Of a stretch of DNA of 64,000 bases, positions 1 to 11,323 are shown piece by piece. The stretch's first letter is position 1, and the number at the start of each line of letters is the position of its first letter. The DNA is from Balanoglossus misakiensis (lineage: Eukaryota > Animalia > Hemichordata), in contig CM082582.2 in NCBI GenBank assembly GCA_040954595.2, positions 1,178,001 to 1,242,000 on the forward strand. The letters are read 5' to 3'. The notes under the pieces are model-generated. The model searched no databases. It saw only the letters and a program-made list of their open reading frames with translations, and was not told the origin of the DNA. A program made the position numbers and the translations under genes.

Positions 1-90
1 GCCTGCCAGCACCTTACTATCTCTGCCATAGTGAAGGATCTTTTAATCCTGAGAATCCAGACGAGGAATTCACCTTCCCTGGATGTTCAG
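1..90 (+). CDS. exon, partial (LPAPYYLCHSEGSFNPENPDEEFTFPGCS)
   Basis: Open frame ending at CAG|GTGAG, phase 1. Confidence 0.75.
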
Positions 91-3000
91 GTGAGAAAAA
101 AATGATTTGGTATCAGTAAAGAAATATAATCAGGTTGCACATGCACATTCAGAAAATTCTCCAAAGAGAGAGAGAGTTGTGAGAGGGGGTATTCCAGCAT
201 TGAGACAATTTTCTTTTAGTTATAAATGAAAAGAGAAATATGAGTAATGCAAATTCTTGCTTTACAGTATGTCAAGGTTGTGATTACAGGTAGATAATTT
301 GTTAACATCATATCTGCTTACCCCAATATAAAGCTCCAGTACATTTGAGCTATTTTCTTAATATTTTGTTCTGGGTAAGCAGCTGTAACTTTCCTGATTG
401 GCTAAGCGGTTTCGCAGTCTAAGTCAATACATCGTTCGCTAGATTGAAAATTGCATCTTTAACAAAATTTGTTTGTTTGTATTGTTCTACTGCAGCTCCT
501 GGGAAGACTCAACGTGGAGTGAATTGTGGCGTGTCATACAATTCACAGGCTGGTACATGTAACAATGGTGTCATCCAGCAATTGAGGATCAGTTTTATGA
601 ACACTATCAACTATCTGAATGATTTGTTTGGTATTTGTGGCGGTGAATGCAACTTTGATGACCTTGAAATAACCTGCGGCGCCTCAAACCGAAGAAAGAG
701 ACAGGCTGATACTCAGCTTGTGGTTCAGTTCAGTTTCACAACCAATGCGTGAGTAGTAATTGTTATTTTTCGAGTATTTCATTCCCCTTCTGTTCTATTG
801 AAATGACTTTGGTGACATGTCTAGGGTACTGATCCCAGGCTGTGTGAGGACCAGCTCTGTATTCCCTATACAGCTGGTGTTTGCATTATTGCAAAATATT
901 CCATTCATGCAAGTGAAAACAAATTATTTTGTGTCTTAACACTCAAACATTTTCAGTTTTTGGCAACCCCATCATTTCTGCCCACCTTCCTTCATGTTGC
1001 GGCATCCTGTATTCTAAAGATTCATGCATTCGAAATATACTGCAAAACGTGTTATTTTCGCGAGCAGTAAATTTCTGCAAAACATGTGCTGGTCAAAAAA
1101 ACGTTAAAATAAAAAGTTGTGTAAAATGTTTTTGGAGATAATGATGCAGTTAGTGAAATACGAGAACTCGAAAATTCGTCCTCACGTAACAGTCGCCTCT
1201 TTTAATATCGCGAAAATTTCCTGTCGTGAAAACAATTCAGTTTACAGTACACACTTCTGGTTGGTATTGTAATGTGGCATATGTAAGAATTTTTTGCCTG
1301 TTGTTTTATCCATTAGCTCTGCTGATGCTGCAGCTGTAGTTATTGAAGATGCAGTCAAGAATGGTCCTTTTGATACAGCTGAATATTCGGTCGACGCTGA
1401 GACATTACAAGTTGAAAGTACAATATTCTGTTCCAATGGTAGTGTTCTTGTTGGAGAAGAATGTGGTGAGTGCCTATACTCCTCAGTTGTTATGTACTTT
1501 AACCCTTTCACTCCCAGTTTCCTCTATAGAGGTCAAACCTTACCATAGAAAACAATTGGTTTGGACTGAACCATGGTGGTGAAAGGATTAAAACTGTGTC
1601 CAAAATTAATATTATAAAAAGGTGTAGATGTTAATATGTTTATATCGCCTGATATGACCTGTTATGTGGGCCGTATTGCTGCGAGTGTGGTTGTGAGTCG
1701 CAGTGTACAAATTAAAGACAAGTGTGAGTGGTAAATACAACCCAACCAAGAGGTGATATAAGGAAATAATTGATTTGATATGCTCATACCAAGGAGGGAC
1801 AAAGTCTCTTTCTCGCTGCCCTTTTTCCATTAATTATGTTTGATAGAAGACACAGTTAATGTTATTCTACATGTGGATATATAGTGAATCAACATTCAAC
1901 CACACACAACTGCAATCCCACTTGTAGACACAAGAGTGAAAAACTGGCCAAAATGAATGCTGTGTGTTACAATTGTAGTTGTGTTTTAAACCATTAATGC
2001 ATAATGATCAGTACATGAACAATGTATACATCTGCCTTCAACATTTTGTATTTCCACAGTATTGTGTCCTGAAGGGTCGTACCATGACACTGAGCTGAGT
2101 CAGTGCCATCCTTGTGCAATTGGATATTATCAACCCCTTGAAGGACAAACAGCATACAATGCCTGTCCAAATAATGGAGTCACCAGGGGAAAGAGATCAT
2201 TATCCATCTTGCAGTGTTTTGGTATGTATAACAGAAGGCAATATCTCCTCCTCGTCCACAGCCATAGCCTAGTATCTAGCCGTATTCCAAAACTAGCGTC
2301 TAGCCTCACTCATGCCACTGGCCCGATAAAACCCCATACCCCTTGCCGGGAATTGTGACGTATATATCAAATTATTGTGGTGTGATCCAATATGGAAAGA
2401 ATGACAATTGGAATGTTCATCTCTTTGGTTGAAAAAATAATTTTTCAACAATGATGTCTATTGCAGAGAGGTGCGATGTTGGTCACTACTTTGACAACGG
2501 GACTTCTCAGTGCCAAAGCTGCCCCATTGGATTCTGGCAATCAGAAGAAGGAAAGTTTGTGTGTAATACTTGCCCAAAGGGAATGCTTACATTAGTTGAA
2601 GGAGCTACTGATGAGTCACAATGTCAGGGTAGGTACTTGTGTTATTTGCTATTCTTGACTATCAATCACATGATCTGGCCATGTGACGTACCCATGGCGT
2701 TATCATTTGTAAGTGACAGGCAAGCAATATTTCGGCATCCAGTAAACTTTTTTCCGAGTAGGTTTTTAATTTAGAACCGCCAGATATGTAACATATTCAA
2801 CAGTTTAACAAATTCACGTGAGTGAAAAGCAGATAATCGTGAATATCAAAAAATTAATCTTCTCAATTACAGAGGTATGTAAATCAGTGGGAGTCCAACT
2901 TAGTGTCAATGGGTCTTGTGAGTCGTGTCCCATGGGAACCTATCGATCAAATGCTGAACTTCAGCCATCTTGTATGCCGTGCCCATTTGGCTTCACCACA

Positions 3001-5433
3001 AGAACAGTCGGTTCAACCTTAAGTGAAGATTGTAATGTTTGTAAGTATTATGTATACAACTTTTCATGTTGTATCTCAACTGTACTGAACTGAAGGTTGT
3101 ATTATTGTGCCTCAGTTGTTCAAAATAATGATAGTCCTCCAATTTTATTCTATGCTCTTTTTCCATTCCATCAACAGCTTACTGCAATGTTGGTTGGTAC
3201 TTGAATCAGGAGTCCTATAGATGTGAGAAATGCCCTGTTGGAACATATAACTTTGAATTTAACCAGGATGCTTGTCAACCATGCCCAACTGGCTACACTA
3301 CAGGCAGAGAGGGTGCCCTATATGAAACAGAATGTGATGGTAGGAATAAATTTTTCATAATCATAGAACTGATAACATGCATGAAGTGCTTGTGGAGATC
3401 AACCTTAACTGTTCAATCTGACACAAACACTTCATTATAAGAAATTTTCTTCTTTATTTAGAGTATCATTTGATATGTTGTGTGATCCAATATTTTTATA
3501 TAATTTAATAATGCTCCTCTTTTAACACCTTTTCTGAAAATTTCACGGAAATAACAATATTGTAATACTGTTTTCTCAGAATTCTACATGTTAGGCTATG
3601 GAATGTGATAACCATGCACTGCATCTGGGTAGTCATCTAACTTAAAGGTATACAGTCACCTCCAATTTACAAACGCCCATATATGGCTGAAATGGAGTAT
3701 ATGAGAGTTCTAAAGAACATATGGTGGCGCTCTTTTTTGCATGTGCCACCCACTGAAAATCTGTGATTGGCTAGATCTCCTTTTGCCATGGTAACTATAG
3801 CTAATTTTCCATAGGTGACCGTATACCTTTAACTGGTGATATGTATGAAGATCCCATAGTTTTATTTGGTGGTCAGTTAAAGACATTGCAAGAATTTTTG
3901 TTTTCTAGATGCACATGAATGTCGTCTTGGTCTGGATGACTGTCACCCAAATGTCACTTGCAGGAATCTTGTACCAGGATATCAATGCACTTGCAAAACT
4001 GGTTTCACTGGTGATGGAATAACTTGTACAGGTATGTAACTATCTACAACTGAAATGTCAACAGAAATATGTACAGCTAAAACGTAGAAACTACTGTTGA
4101 TTTAGTATCTCTCTTGCTGCCCTTTTTCCATTAATTATGTTTGATACAAGACACTGTTTATGTTATTCACCCGGTACATGTGGATATATAGTGAATCAAC
4201 GTTCGACAGCACACAACTTCCATTCCGTTTGTAAGAAATGAATCTGCAAGTGGGTTTAGTTCTTGTCTAATACAAATGGTTCGTCAGGTAGAATAATGTG
4301 ATGTGATTTTATTCTTGTGTCTAGATAAATGTGAAGGGTTCTGCTCAAACAATGCTGTTTGCATCAAGGACAGTGATGGCAATCCTGTTTGTGAATGTAC
4401 TGATGAATATCAAGGTGAAACTTGCCGCCAGAGAATACCAATGCAAGTTAAAGGTGTGTATACATTTCTTTGTCTTTTAATAACTCAAGATTGAAAAACA
4501 ATATTCACTAAAGTTTACACATTTGTTTGATCTACATGATTACAGTTTACGTTGTCTTGAAAATATTTGTGAAAATGGTGAAACTGCAACATCTGCAGTA
4601 TAACTAGATTTTTGGTCAACTAACCATTTTACAATAGTTAAGCATCATAATGAATGGTTGTCTTGCTTTTATCGTAGCATATCGCCCCCGTGACAAATAT
4701 AAATATTTAAACTCTTACAGATTCCTCCGTTGACACAGCTGTCATCATTGGTGGTGTTGCGGGAGGTTTAGCGGCTGTGTTAGTGCTTGGTGTAATAATG
4801 TTACTCATGTACCAACGGTAAGTTATTTAGTACTACCAGAGTAGAATCGAGACAGCTGTAGAAATGTTGCCCATCAGAAAACTGGGAATTTACCTGTATC
4901 TTTCCATACATGCATGAGGCAACGTGAAAAATAATCACATCTGTATCGTGGAAGCAAATTTATTCAAAGAGTTCATGCATAGACCTATTCGCGTATAGGG
5001 TAACTGCAGTGCATCATGGTATAATTTGCGTTCAACATGCATGGCGGCTAACAAGGCAAAGTCACGCGACCAGACCGCAAAGTGTCCAACAACCACCTGC
5101 GTTATTCTACAGTAGTAAAACATCACAACAAATCCCACATTGATGATGTTCAACTATTTGACATTCAGGTGTGCTCTTGGAGGAAAGAAACATCCAGGCT
5201 GGGAAGAACAAGAGGCAACTATGGATATCCATTGGTTTGATGATACAGATGATGTTGATAGCAAGGCAGGGAAAAGTGTGGAAGATGAGGAAGCCTTCAG
5301 AGAAATCTATCACTACAATCCCATGTATAGTGGCGACAGTGGTAGTGCCAGTGGAAGTGAGGAATGGAGACCAAGGCCTCTTAAGAGTAGAAATGAACTA
5401 TTTCATGAGAGTCACGGAGACAGATACTTCTAA
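1..5433 (+). CDS. 3' part (11 exons) of a type I membrane protein with furin site, 4 GCC2/GCC3 (Ephrin_rec_like) Cys-rich repeats, 2 EGF domains, TM helix and NPxY cytoplasmic tail; SVEP1/uninflatable-like
   Basis: Exons <1-90, 496-748, 1317-1465, 2060-2221, 2467-2628, 2873-3040, 3178-3339, 3909-4031, 4325-4453, 4721-4817, 5169-5433 join in frame with GT-AG sites and compatible phases. Domains recognised from Cys spacing; orthology not established. Confidence 0.88.
496..748 (+). CDS. exon containing RRKR proprotein-convertase site
   Basis: TGCAG acceptor, GC|GTGAGT donor; CGASNRRKRQADTQLVVQFSF. Confidence 0.85.
1040..1247. mobile_element. intronic MITE with TA flanks (Tc1/mariner-like non-autonomous)
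   Basis: TA|CTGCAAAAC ... TTTACAG|TA, with internal TTTTCGCG/CGCGAAAA inverted motifs. Confidence 0.55.
1317..1465 (+). CDS. exon (SADAAAVVIED...FCSNGSVLVGEEC)
   Basis: TTAG acceptor completing the phase-2 Ala codon; G|GTGAGT donor. Confidence 0.85.
1503..1587. mobile_element. 85-bp piggyBac-like MITE
   Basis: TTAA|CCCTTTCAC ... GTGAAAGGA|TTAA: TTAA flanks and a CCC terminus. Confidence 0.6.
1806..1920 (+). repeat. dispersed intronic repeat, second copy at ~4108-4230
   Basis: Shared CCCTTTTTCCATTAATTATGTTTGATA...TACATGTGGATATATAGTGAATCAAC. Confidence 0.75.
2060..2221 (+). CDS. GCC2/GCC3 repeat exon 1
   Basis: CPEGSYHD...CHPCAIGYYQ...CP...QCF; phase 1-1. Confidence 0.9.
2467..2628 (+). CDS. 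GCC2/GCC3 repeat exon 2
   Basis: CDVGHYF...CQSCPIGFWQ...CNTCPKG...GATDESQCQ; phase 1-1. Confidence 0.9.
2873..3040 (+). CDS. GCC2/GCC3 repeat exon 3
   Basis: CESCPMGTYR...CMPCPFGFTTRTVGSTLSEDC; GTAAGT donor. Confidence 0.9.
3178..3339 (+). CDS. GCC2/GCC3 repeat exon 4
   Basis: CNVGWYLN...CEKCPVGTYN...CQPCPTGYTT...EC; phase 1-1. Confidence 0.9.
3646..3828. mobile_element. 183-bp Kolobok-like MITE
   Basis: TTAA|AGGTATACAGTCACCT ... AGGTGACCGTATACCT|TTAA: 16-bp TIR with 1 mismatch, purine-purine terminus, TTAA TSD. Confidence 0.8.
3909..4031 (+). CDS. calcium-binding-type EGF exon (missed by the ORF track)
   Basis: DAHECRLGLDDCHPNVTCRNLVPGYQCTCKTGFTGDGITCT between CTAG and GTATGT. Confidence 0.92.
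4325..4453 (+). CDS. juxtamembrane EGF exon
   Basis: DKCEGFCSNNAVCIKDSDGNPVCECTDEYQGETC. Confidence 0.9.
4721..4817 (+). CDS. transmembrane exon (missed by the ORF track)
   Basis: DSSVDTAVIIGGVAGGLAAVLVLGVIMLLMYQR; TTACAG acceptor, GTAAGT donor. Confidence 0.9.
5169..5433 (+). CDS. terminal coding exon, cytoplasmic tail with YNPMY (NPxY)
   Basis: TTCAG acceptor, phase 2; acidic tail ending GDRYF-stop. Confidence 0.85.
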
Positions 5434-7072
5434 TGTGCCATCTCTGTGTGTACATGTATGGTATAATTCAAATGATAACTAGAATGGTTTTCATTTTGTG
5501 AGTTGACACAGTACTGTGATAAGCTTGGTATAATCCCATAAATGATAACAATAATAGTTATGCTTTGTCAGACGACAGTACTGTGATAAGCGCACATTAA
5601 ATTGGTTGGAGTGAAACAGATCTTTATTATTACACTCTTAGCAACATCTGAATGAAATGATCATAAATAATCATCTTTAAAGTATGTTGGTTATAAGGCT
5701 ATATATTTTACATATTTTAAAGAATTTTCCTTAAAAATTTGTTATGACTTATTATAAGGTATTGTGTAATGAAAAAGATATGATAATACGAGAATTCCTA
5801 AACAACAACATATTTTTGTTGAATTTGGAGGACAAATTTAACAGTGTACCAATTCAGCTCTCCCTTTGCATGCTGACTTGCTTCTGTATTCATACAAGGC
5901 AGCATTTATCCTTAACTTGATCAGATAGAAGGTCTTTTCATCCAAATGCATAGATTATGAATTATTTCTCTCAATATATTCAGTGACTACCTCCCGATGA
6001 TATATATCCTCCTGAATTAGTGCTTCAAATTTTGATATTTTTCTTGATATTTTTCTTTAATTTGACTTCAACCGTCACCATTCTCCAAGACTGTAAAAGA
6101 AGGGAGATGATGATTAACTATTATCAATTTTTTTGCCCCTTGTACTGTCTTTACAACTGGCCGTATAAATCTGATATTTGTTTGGCATGCGAATTTTGGA
6201 ATATGGATGTGTATGATCACAATTATAAGATCCTCAAAATAAAAGATCCTATCATTTCATTTGGTTAATAACCAGTTCATAGGTGAATGGAAATATAGTT
6301 ACTCACTTTGAGACCTGACATGTATATATAATAATTCAAAGTATTTATTCGCATATTTTTATATTATTCATGGTGTTATAGATCAATGGAAATTTTTCAA
6401 ATTAAATTCATGTATATAAAATGTAGCAATGTAATGTCATATGTGAAACCCTTAATCTTGATATTGTAATTCATTGTAGAATATGATTATATTGTGTTAT
6501 TCACTCAACTTGTGCATGTATGTTTAAGATTCATGCAAAATTACTTTTTTATACAAACTGTTCCTTTTTGTGTTGTTCGGAGGTGACAACTCATCAACAA
6601 TGAAATAAGTTTGGGAAATTTTTGAACAAAGTCATGAAGTGGAAGTACTATAAATAAGTTTAATATCTGTTTGAGTTGTCCTGCCAGAAGTCAACATTTT
6701 TAGCTTATACAAATACTGGTGCAACTACAGAACAGTTGAAGAATTTCATCATTATATTTATGTTTTAATTACAAGTATATCAATTGTACCTTTTCCTTAT
6801 ATTAAAAGCATATTTTTATTATAATATTTAACTGAGTTCTTTGTCTACTTTTTTAAACTGACAATTTGTCAGTCATTACCATAACCCTGGAGTGTATTTC
6901 ACTGTGTCCAGAGATTCTTCTGTAGTTGTTATAATAAGACATCAAACCAGGTCCAATAATCAATATTACTCAAGCTAAGCTAATTACCAGGTCCAGGTTC
7001 AAAAAAGAAATAAGAGAAAAACTTACAATTTCAACATGATCATCTTGAACCACTGCTAAGTGGTAGTACTCG

Positions 7073-7522
7073 CACAGGGGGGCTGCAAACATGAAAGTTA
7101 TAAATGGCGGAGTTCCTGCATTTTCCCCCAATAAACATTAATTGATGAACAGTCTTTGTGCTTGTTTATTTTTCTGTGTTACCTCCACCTGTCTTAGCAG
7201 TTGCTAATCCAGAATACAAACTATTGCATTTCCAATTAAGCACCTGCTAACGACTTAATCTGTGTGCCCCATCCACGGATTTAGTGGATTAAGTAAACAT
7301 CGGTCAGTTCTCACTTGGTAAGAGAATACCCAGTACTCGCTGACCGATGTTTACTTTATTAACTTAATCCATGGATGGGGCACACAGATTAAGTCGTTAG
7401 CAGGTGATTAATGGGAAATGGATAGCTTTTATTCTGGATTAGCAAATGATAAGACAGGTTGGGAAAACGCAGAATGGAACGTACTTCGCCATTTATAACT
7501 TTCATGTTTGCAGCCCCCTGTG
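7073..7522. mobile_element. ~450-bp foldback (almost fully palindromic) MITE
   Basis: CACAGGGG(G)GCTGCAAACATGAAAGTTATAAATGGCG matches the reverse complement at 7487-7522; inner arms ~7187-7306 and ~7340-7460 also pair. Confidence 0.85.
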
Positions 7523-8157
7523 GTACTAGGTGTCGGAAATGGGTAAGCACACCCTTCCAGCATGCTACACCCGTTAAGACTGACCCAAAGAGACATATTT
7601 AAGTTGAATTTGACTTAACTAACAAATTACTGTTGCAAGTCAAATCCATATTTTGACTTTATCTCTGACTGAGCGCAGCATTGTCTGAGAGACACTCCAC
7701 GTCTTCCTCTTCACAAGCAGCCCACTTCAAGTTTCAGCAACATCCATAATAGTCCTAAAGTTGAGGTGCCAGTTAAAATTAGGTTTTTGGACCAAACTGG
7801 AATAGCTGCCGAAGTTTGGTATTTCAAATGATTGTCAGGTCACCTGTTTATTATATGACTGTGAGGTTTCTAACAAAAGGGAGATGACATACAATCACAA
7901 GTGTAAATCCAATATTGAACATTACTTAAAGGGACAAATTGTTCAAATCCTCTTTTGAGCTTATTTGGTCAATTTTGTTTGATATGAAATGTGCCTATTA
8001 TGCTGTTTGACTTCTTTAAACATGCTTAAATACTGGCCAATAAATAACTCCACTATGTTTGAAATTAAACCAGATAGTACAATAATACATTCCAAATGTC
8101 ATCTGTGATAACATCATGCTTTGGACTTTTTTACTTTATATATTACATAACATGTTA

Positions 8158-8400
8158 CGGAGGGGGGAGAGAGGTGAGAAAAGGAATGTGAGAAAGGAGA
8201 AGAAAAGCAAGAGGGCGGAAATGAGAATGTCAGGATGGAAAGGGAATGAGGGGAGGACTTTGACAGAAGGGGAGGGGAGAGACCGAATAAGTGAAGGTGA
8301 GAGAGGAAGTGGTTAGACAGGAAGAAAGGGAAATTAAAGCTCAATCACCACCACCACCACCACCATAATCATCATCATCACCATCATTGCCATCATCATT
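8158..8400 (+). repeat. purine-rich low-complexity tract followed by (CAC)n/(CAT)n microsatellite
   Basis: Direct reading. Confidence 0.85.
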
Positions 8401-10145
8401 CTGGAGGCATCGTGGCCTGTATTGGCCCATGGGCATCATGGGCCAAAAAAACTGATTCAGTGTAAATGTGCATAAACCACACTTTTGTACGAACTCCTGT
8501 AAACGGTGACGCAAGTCGTGAGTGGATTTGTGGGCGTGTCGCGACCTTTTCTGTGAACGTGATGCAGAGTGATATATTGATGACCCCCAGCCACCCCCAC
8601 ACCCTTTGGTAACACACTTCTTAAACTTTCTTTACATAGAATGGACTTCTCGAACCTTCCTTACCAAAGTTCTGATTAAAGATATCTATCTTCTAGGGTA
8701 CTACCAACAGCGTTTCACGTGACTGTAGACAAGCATCAAGTACCTGTACACAGACAAGGGCGTGCGCGCGTCCACAATAATTTAAAACGAATGTTTCCAC
8801 CGCCGTGTGTTTTATGCACATAAACACTGAATCAGCTTTAATATTGTCCCATGATGCCCCGTGAGTTGTCAGGGTACCAAACTGACAATGCTGGAGAAAA
8901 AATGAAGTGTTGACATGCATGTTGTTGAGGGGTTTCACAATGCATGTTACGGACGCTGGTTTCTCTTAGCAATAGAGTAGAGGCGTAAGGATGGGTTGAT
9001 CTTGTGATTAAGAATTTTGGCAAAGAAACAGAAATTGTGTCATTTAGTTTTGTATTAAACCCTATTCGCGTATTTTGTGTTAAAGCACGAAATACTGCAA
9101 TAATGAGATACGGTAGTATTTAACACATATAATATATGATATAATATAGCTTTATCAATACCAGTGAATTTTGTGACGTCATTGCTGTACATTTTTTTAT
9201 CTTTTATTTAAAACGCACAATGTTACATCAACAAATCAAAAGAAGAAACGAACTGAAAACTCACATCATAGCTTCAAAATTTATTACACTTTCTGGATGG
9301 TTGCATGATTCCTAAGGTTTGTATACCTTCAACCTCAATGTCACGCGGGAGGATTGGTGTTGGGAATGTAACGGGGAATTAAACTCTATCGATGGGGATA
9401 ACTCGCTTGGCTAATACTGAGAGGTACCTATATGGAATCGTGCTGACGTCCAGATACATCGACACGAACACTGGGTATTTATGGTAGCAACTGAGAATAT
9501 AAGAATTTAATGAAATAAACCTACTCGACCACTTGCGTTCTGAGGACAAGAAGGACACAAATAGTCCGCCATCCAAAAGACCGTTCCAGCATTTTATTTT
9601 TACCCGCCAAAAGATGCGGAGATATATTTTTAGATGAATGATCCATGCATACTCTGATTGCATAGTACTTGTCTTCCTTGTGTTCCTTAAAACAATGAAT
9701 GTATTGTATTTTCTTTTCTTTTCATCAGGAATGCGATAACTTTCTTAACACTTCAAAAGTTTCTTTACTCTTCAATCACTTCTGTCTCAACTTTTAAGTT
9801 TAACTTTTACTTCCAAATCTCAGGTCACAAACTCTATAGACTGCTAAACAATTTTCTTCCTAGTGTTGTATGCGCCACTTGTGAATTTTTGCGAGTGAGA
9901 TTCACGGGCGTTTGAGCACAATTTATACAAAATATGTTTATCGCCATTAGAAAAACGTTCGCGTAGAATCAATGACGTCATGGTAAATTTTAGCTGCATG
10001 CTCCAATAGGGATGATAGGGAGACTACTTGTTGTAGAGCACCTGAAAATGTACGTATTTCGTCACTTCCTTTTCGCGAAATTTAATTCTTAACGGCATCT
10101 TAGTTTTAAGATTTGTGATTCCTTTTTTCTTCAGTTGTACATTTG

Positions 10146-10415
10146 CATCACGGGATACTTCTTTGTAGACTATCGAACCTTGGCATCTCAGACACAGTAC
10201 TAACATGGTTTACATCTTACCTTCAATATAGATATCAAACTGTAATCATCGAAAACACTGCAAGTTCACAGTCACCTCTCGTATACGGGGTGCCACTGCC
10301 CCTCTGTTGTTCACCATTTATATAGCCCAACTTTATAGTAAACCGATTCGTCCCCACATCCTACAATTTCATCAGTACGCCGATGATAACCAGCGATACC
10401 TCGCCTTTTCCCATC
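10146..10415 (+). mobile_element. decayed LINE (L2/CR1-type) reverse transcriptase fragment
   Basis: HGILLCRLSNLGISDTVLTWFTSYL..R.Q.V...YGVP, then a frameshift/deletion removing QGSVLG, then PLLFTIYI...FHQYADDNQRYLAF. Confidence 0.85.
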
Positions 10416-10478
10416 AAGATTCAACCTCTGACGTTCCTGTCTTCTAAGGATTGTTGAACTTTAATTCATGCAGTTTGT

Positions 10479-11018
10479 TGTTACGGCCGGTCGTCCTCCG
10501 GACGTTTACCTCATCGGCTTCTGTGGGGAATCAGCCACGTCCGAAAGCTGACGGCGTACATTCTCTTCATCTCCTTCTCCACCCAACATATTCATAAAGT
10601 CCGAGAGAGGTACCCGGCAGATCGTAAACCTTTCGTAGACAGAGACTTGCAAGAAGTTTTCCGAGTAACACAAAGTTCTGGTTTATTACTGGTCACACGT
10701 AAGAATTACACGACTCGATCCATGCTCGTTGACTCCCATCACGGATCTCCGGTGATAAATGTGTGATCTCAAATTTCACCACACCTTATTAATACGTTAG
10801 TCAAGTATTAAGTCATAAAAGGAACACGTCATCTTGATATTTCTTAAACATGAACTTAGCGCGTGATATCTCTATCTCGTTCTGACATGTATCAATTACA
10901 CAATGTTGTTTACTCTGGGTCAAGTACCAATGTCAATACTGGACTAAAACCATATAAGTGAACGACTTCTTACATAATCATAAACAAGATCTATGATCGT
11001 TAAAACTCAATCGTGACA
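10479..11018 (-). mobile_element. probable solo LTR (~540 bp)
   Basis: TGTTACG...CGTGACA inverted termini; flanks TTTGT/CTTGT (4/5 match to a 5-bp TSD); AATAAA on minus strand near 10682. Confidence 0.55.
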
Positions 11019-11323
11019 CTTGTATTACCGCTGGTTTCTCATGATTGTTCATGCATCGGGGAATCTGTAGCGATGAGGTAACGGGCTCTGACGAGAACCG
11101 TGATCCACGGAGAAACGTATTTGATTTACGTTCATTTATTGTCCGGAATTATTATAGTACATCAAATACGCCCAGTAAAGTACATGAGGAAGGGAACGAG
11201 CTCAGTAGCCTGAGGTACTCCCATCTCCCGTTAGATTATTCTCCCCTAACTTTGGAAACAAAGTTCTCTTATGATTACTTTTCTCAAGGCGTGGTTAACC
11301 ATGTAAAATATCACAAATACATG

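Noticed and set aside
825-912. Possible extra exon after CTAG in intron 2
   Set aside because: Exon 496-748 already joins 1317 in frame; weak splice signals and no recognisable domain.
8114-8344. ORFs 8114-8344 (-) and 8116-8316 (+)
   Set aside because: Products of a purine-rich low-complexity tract.
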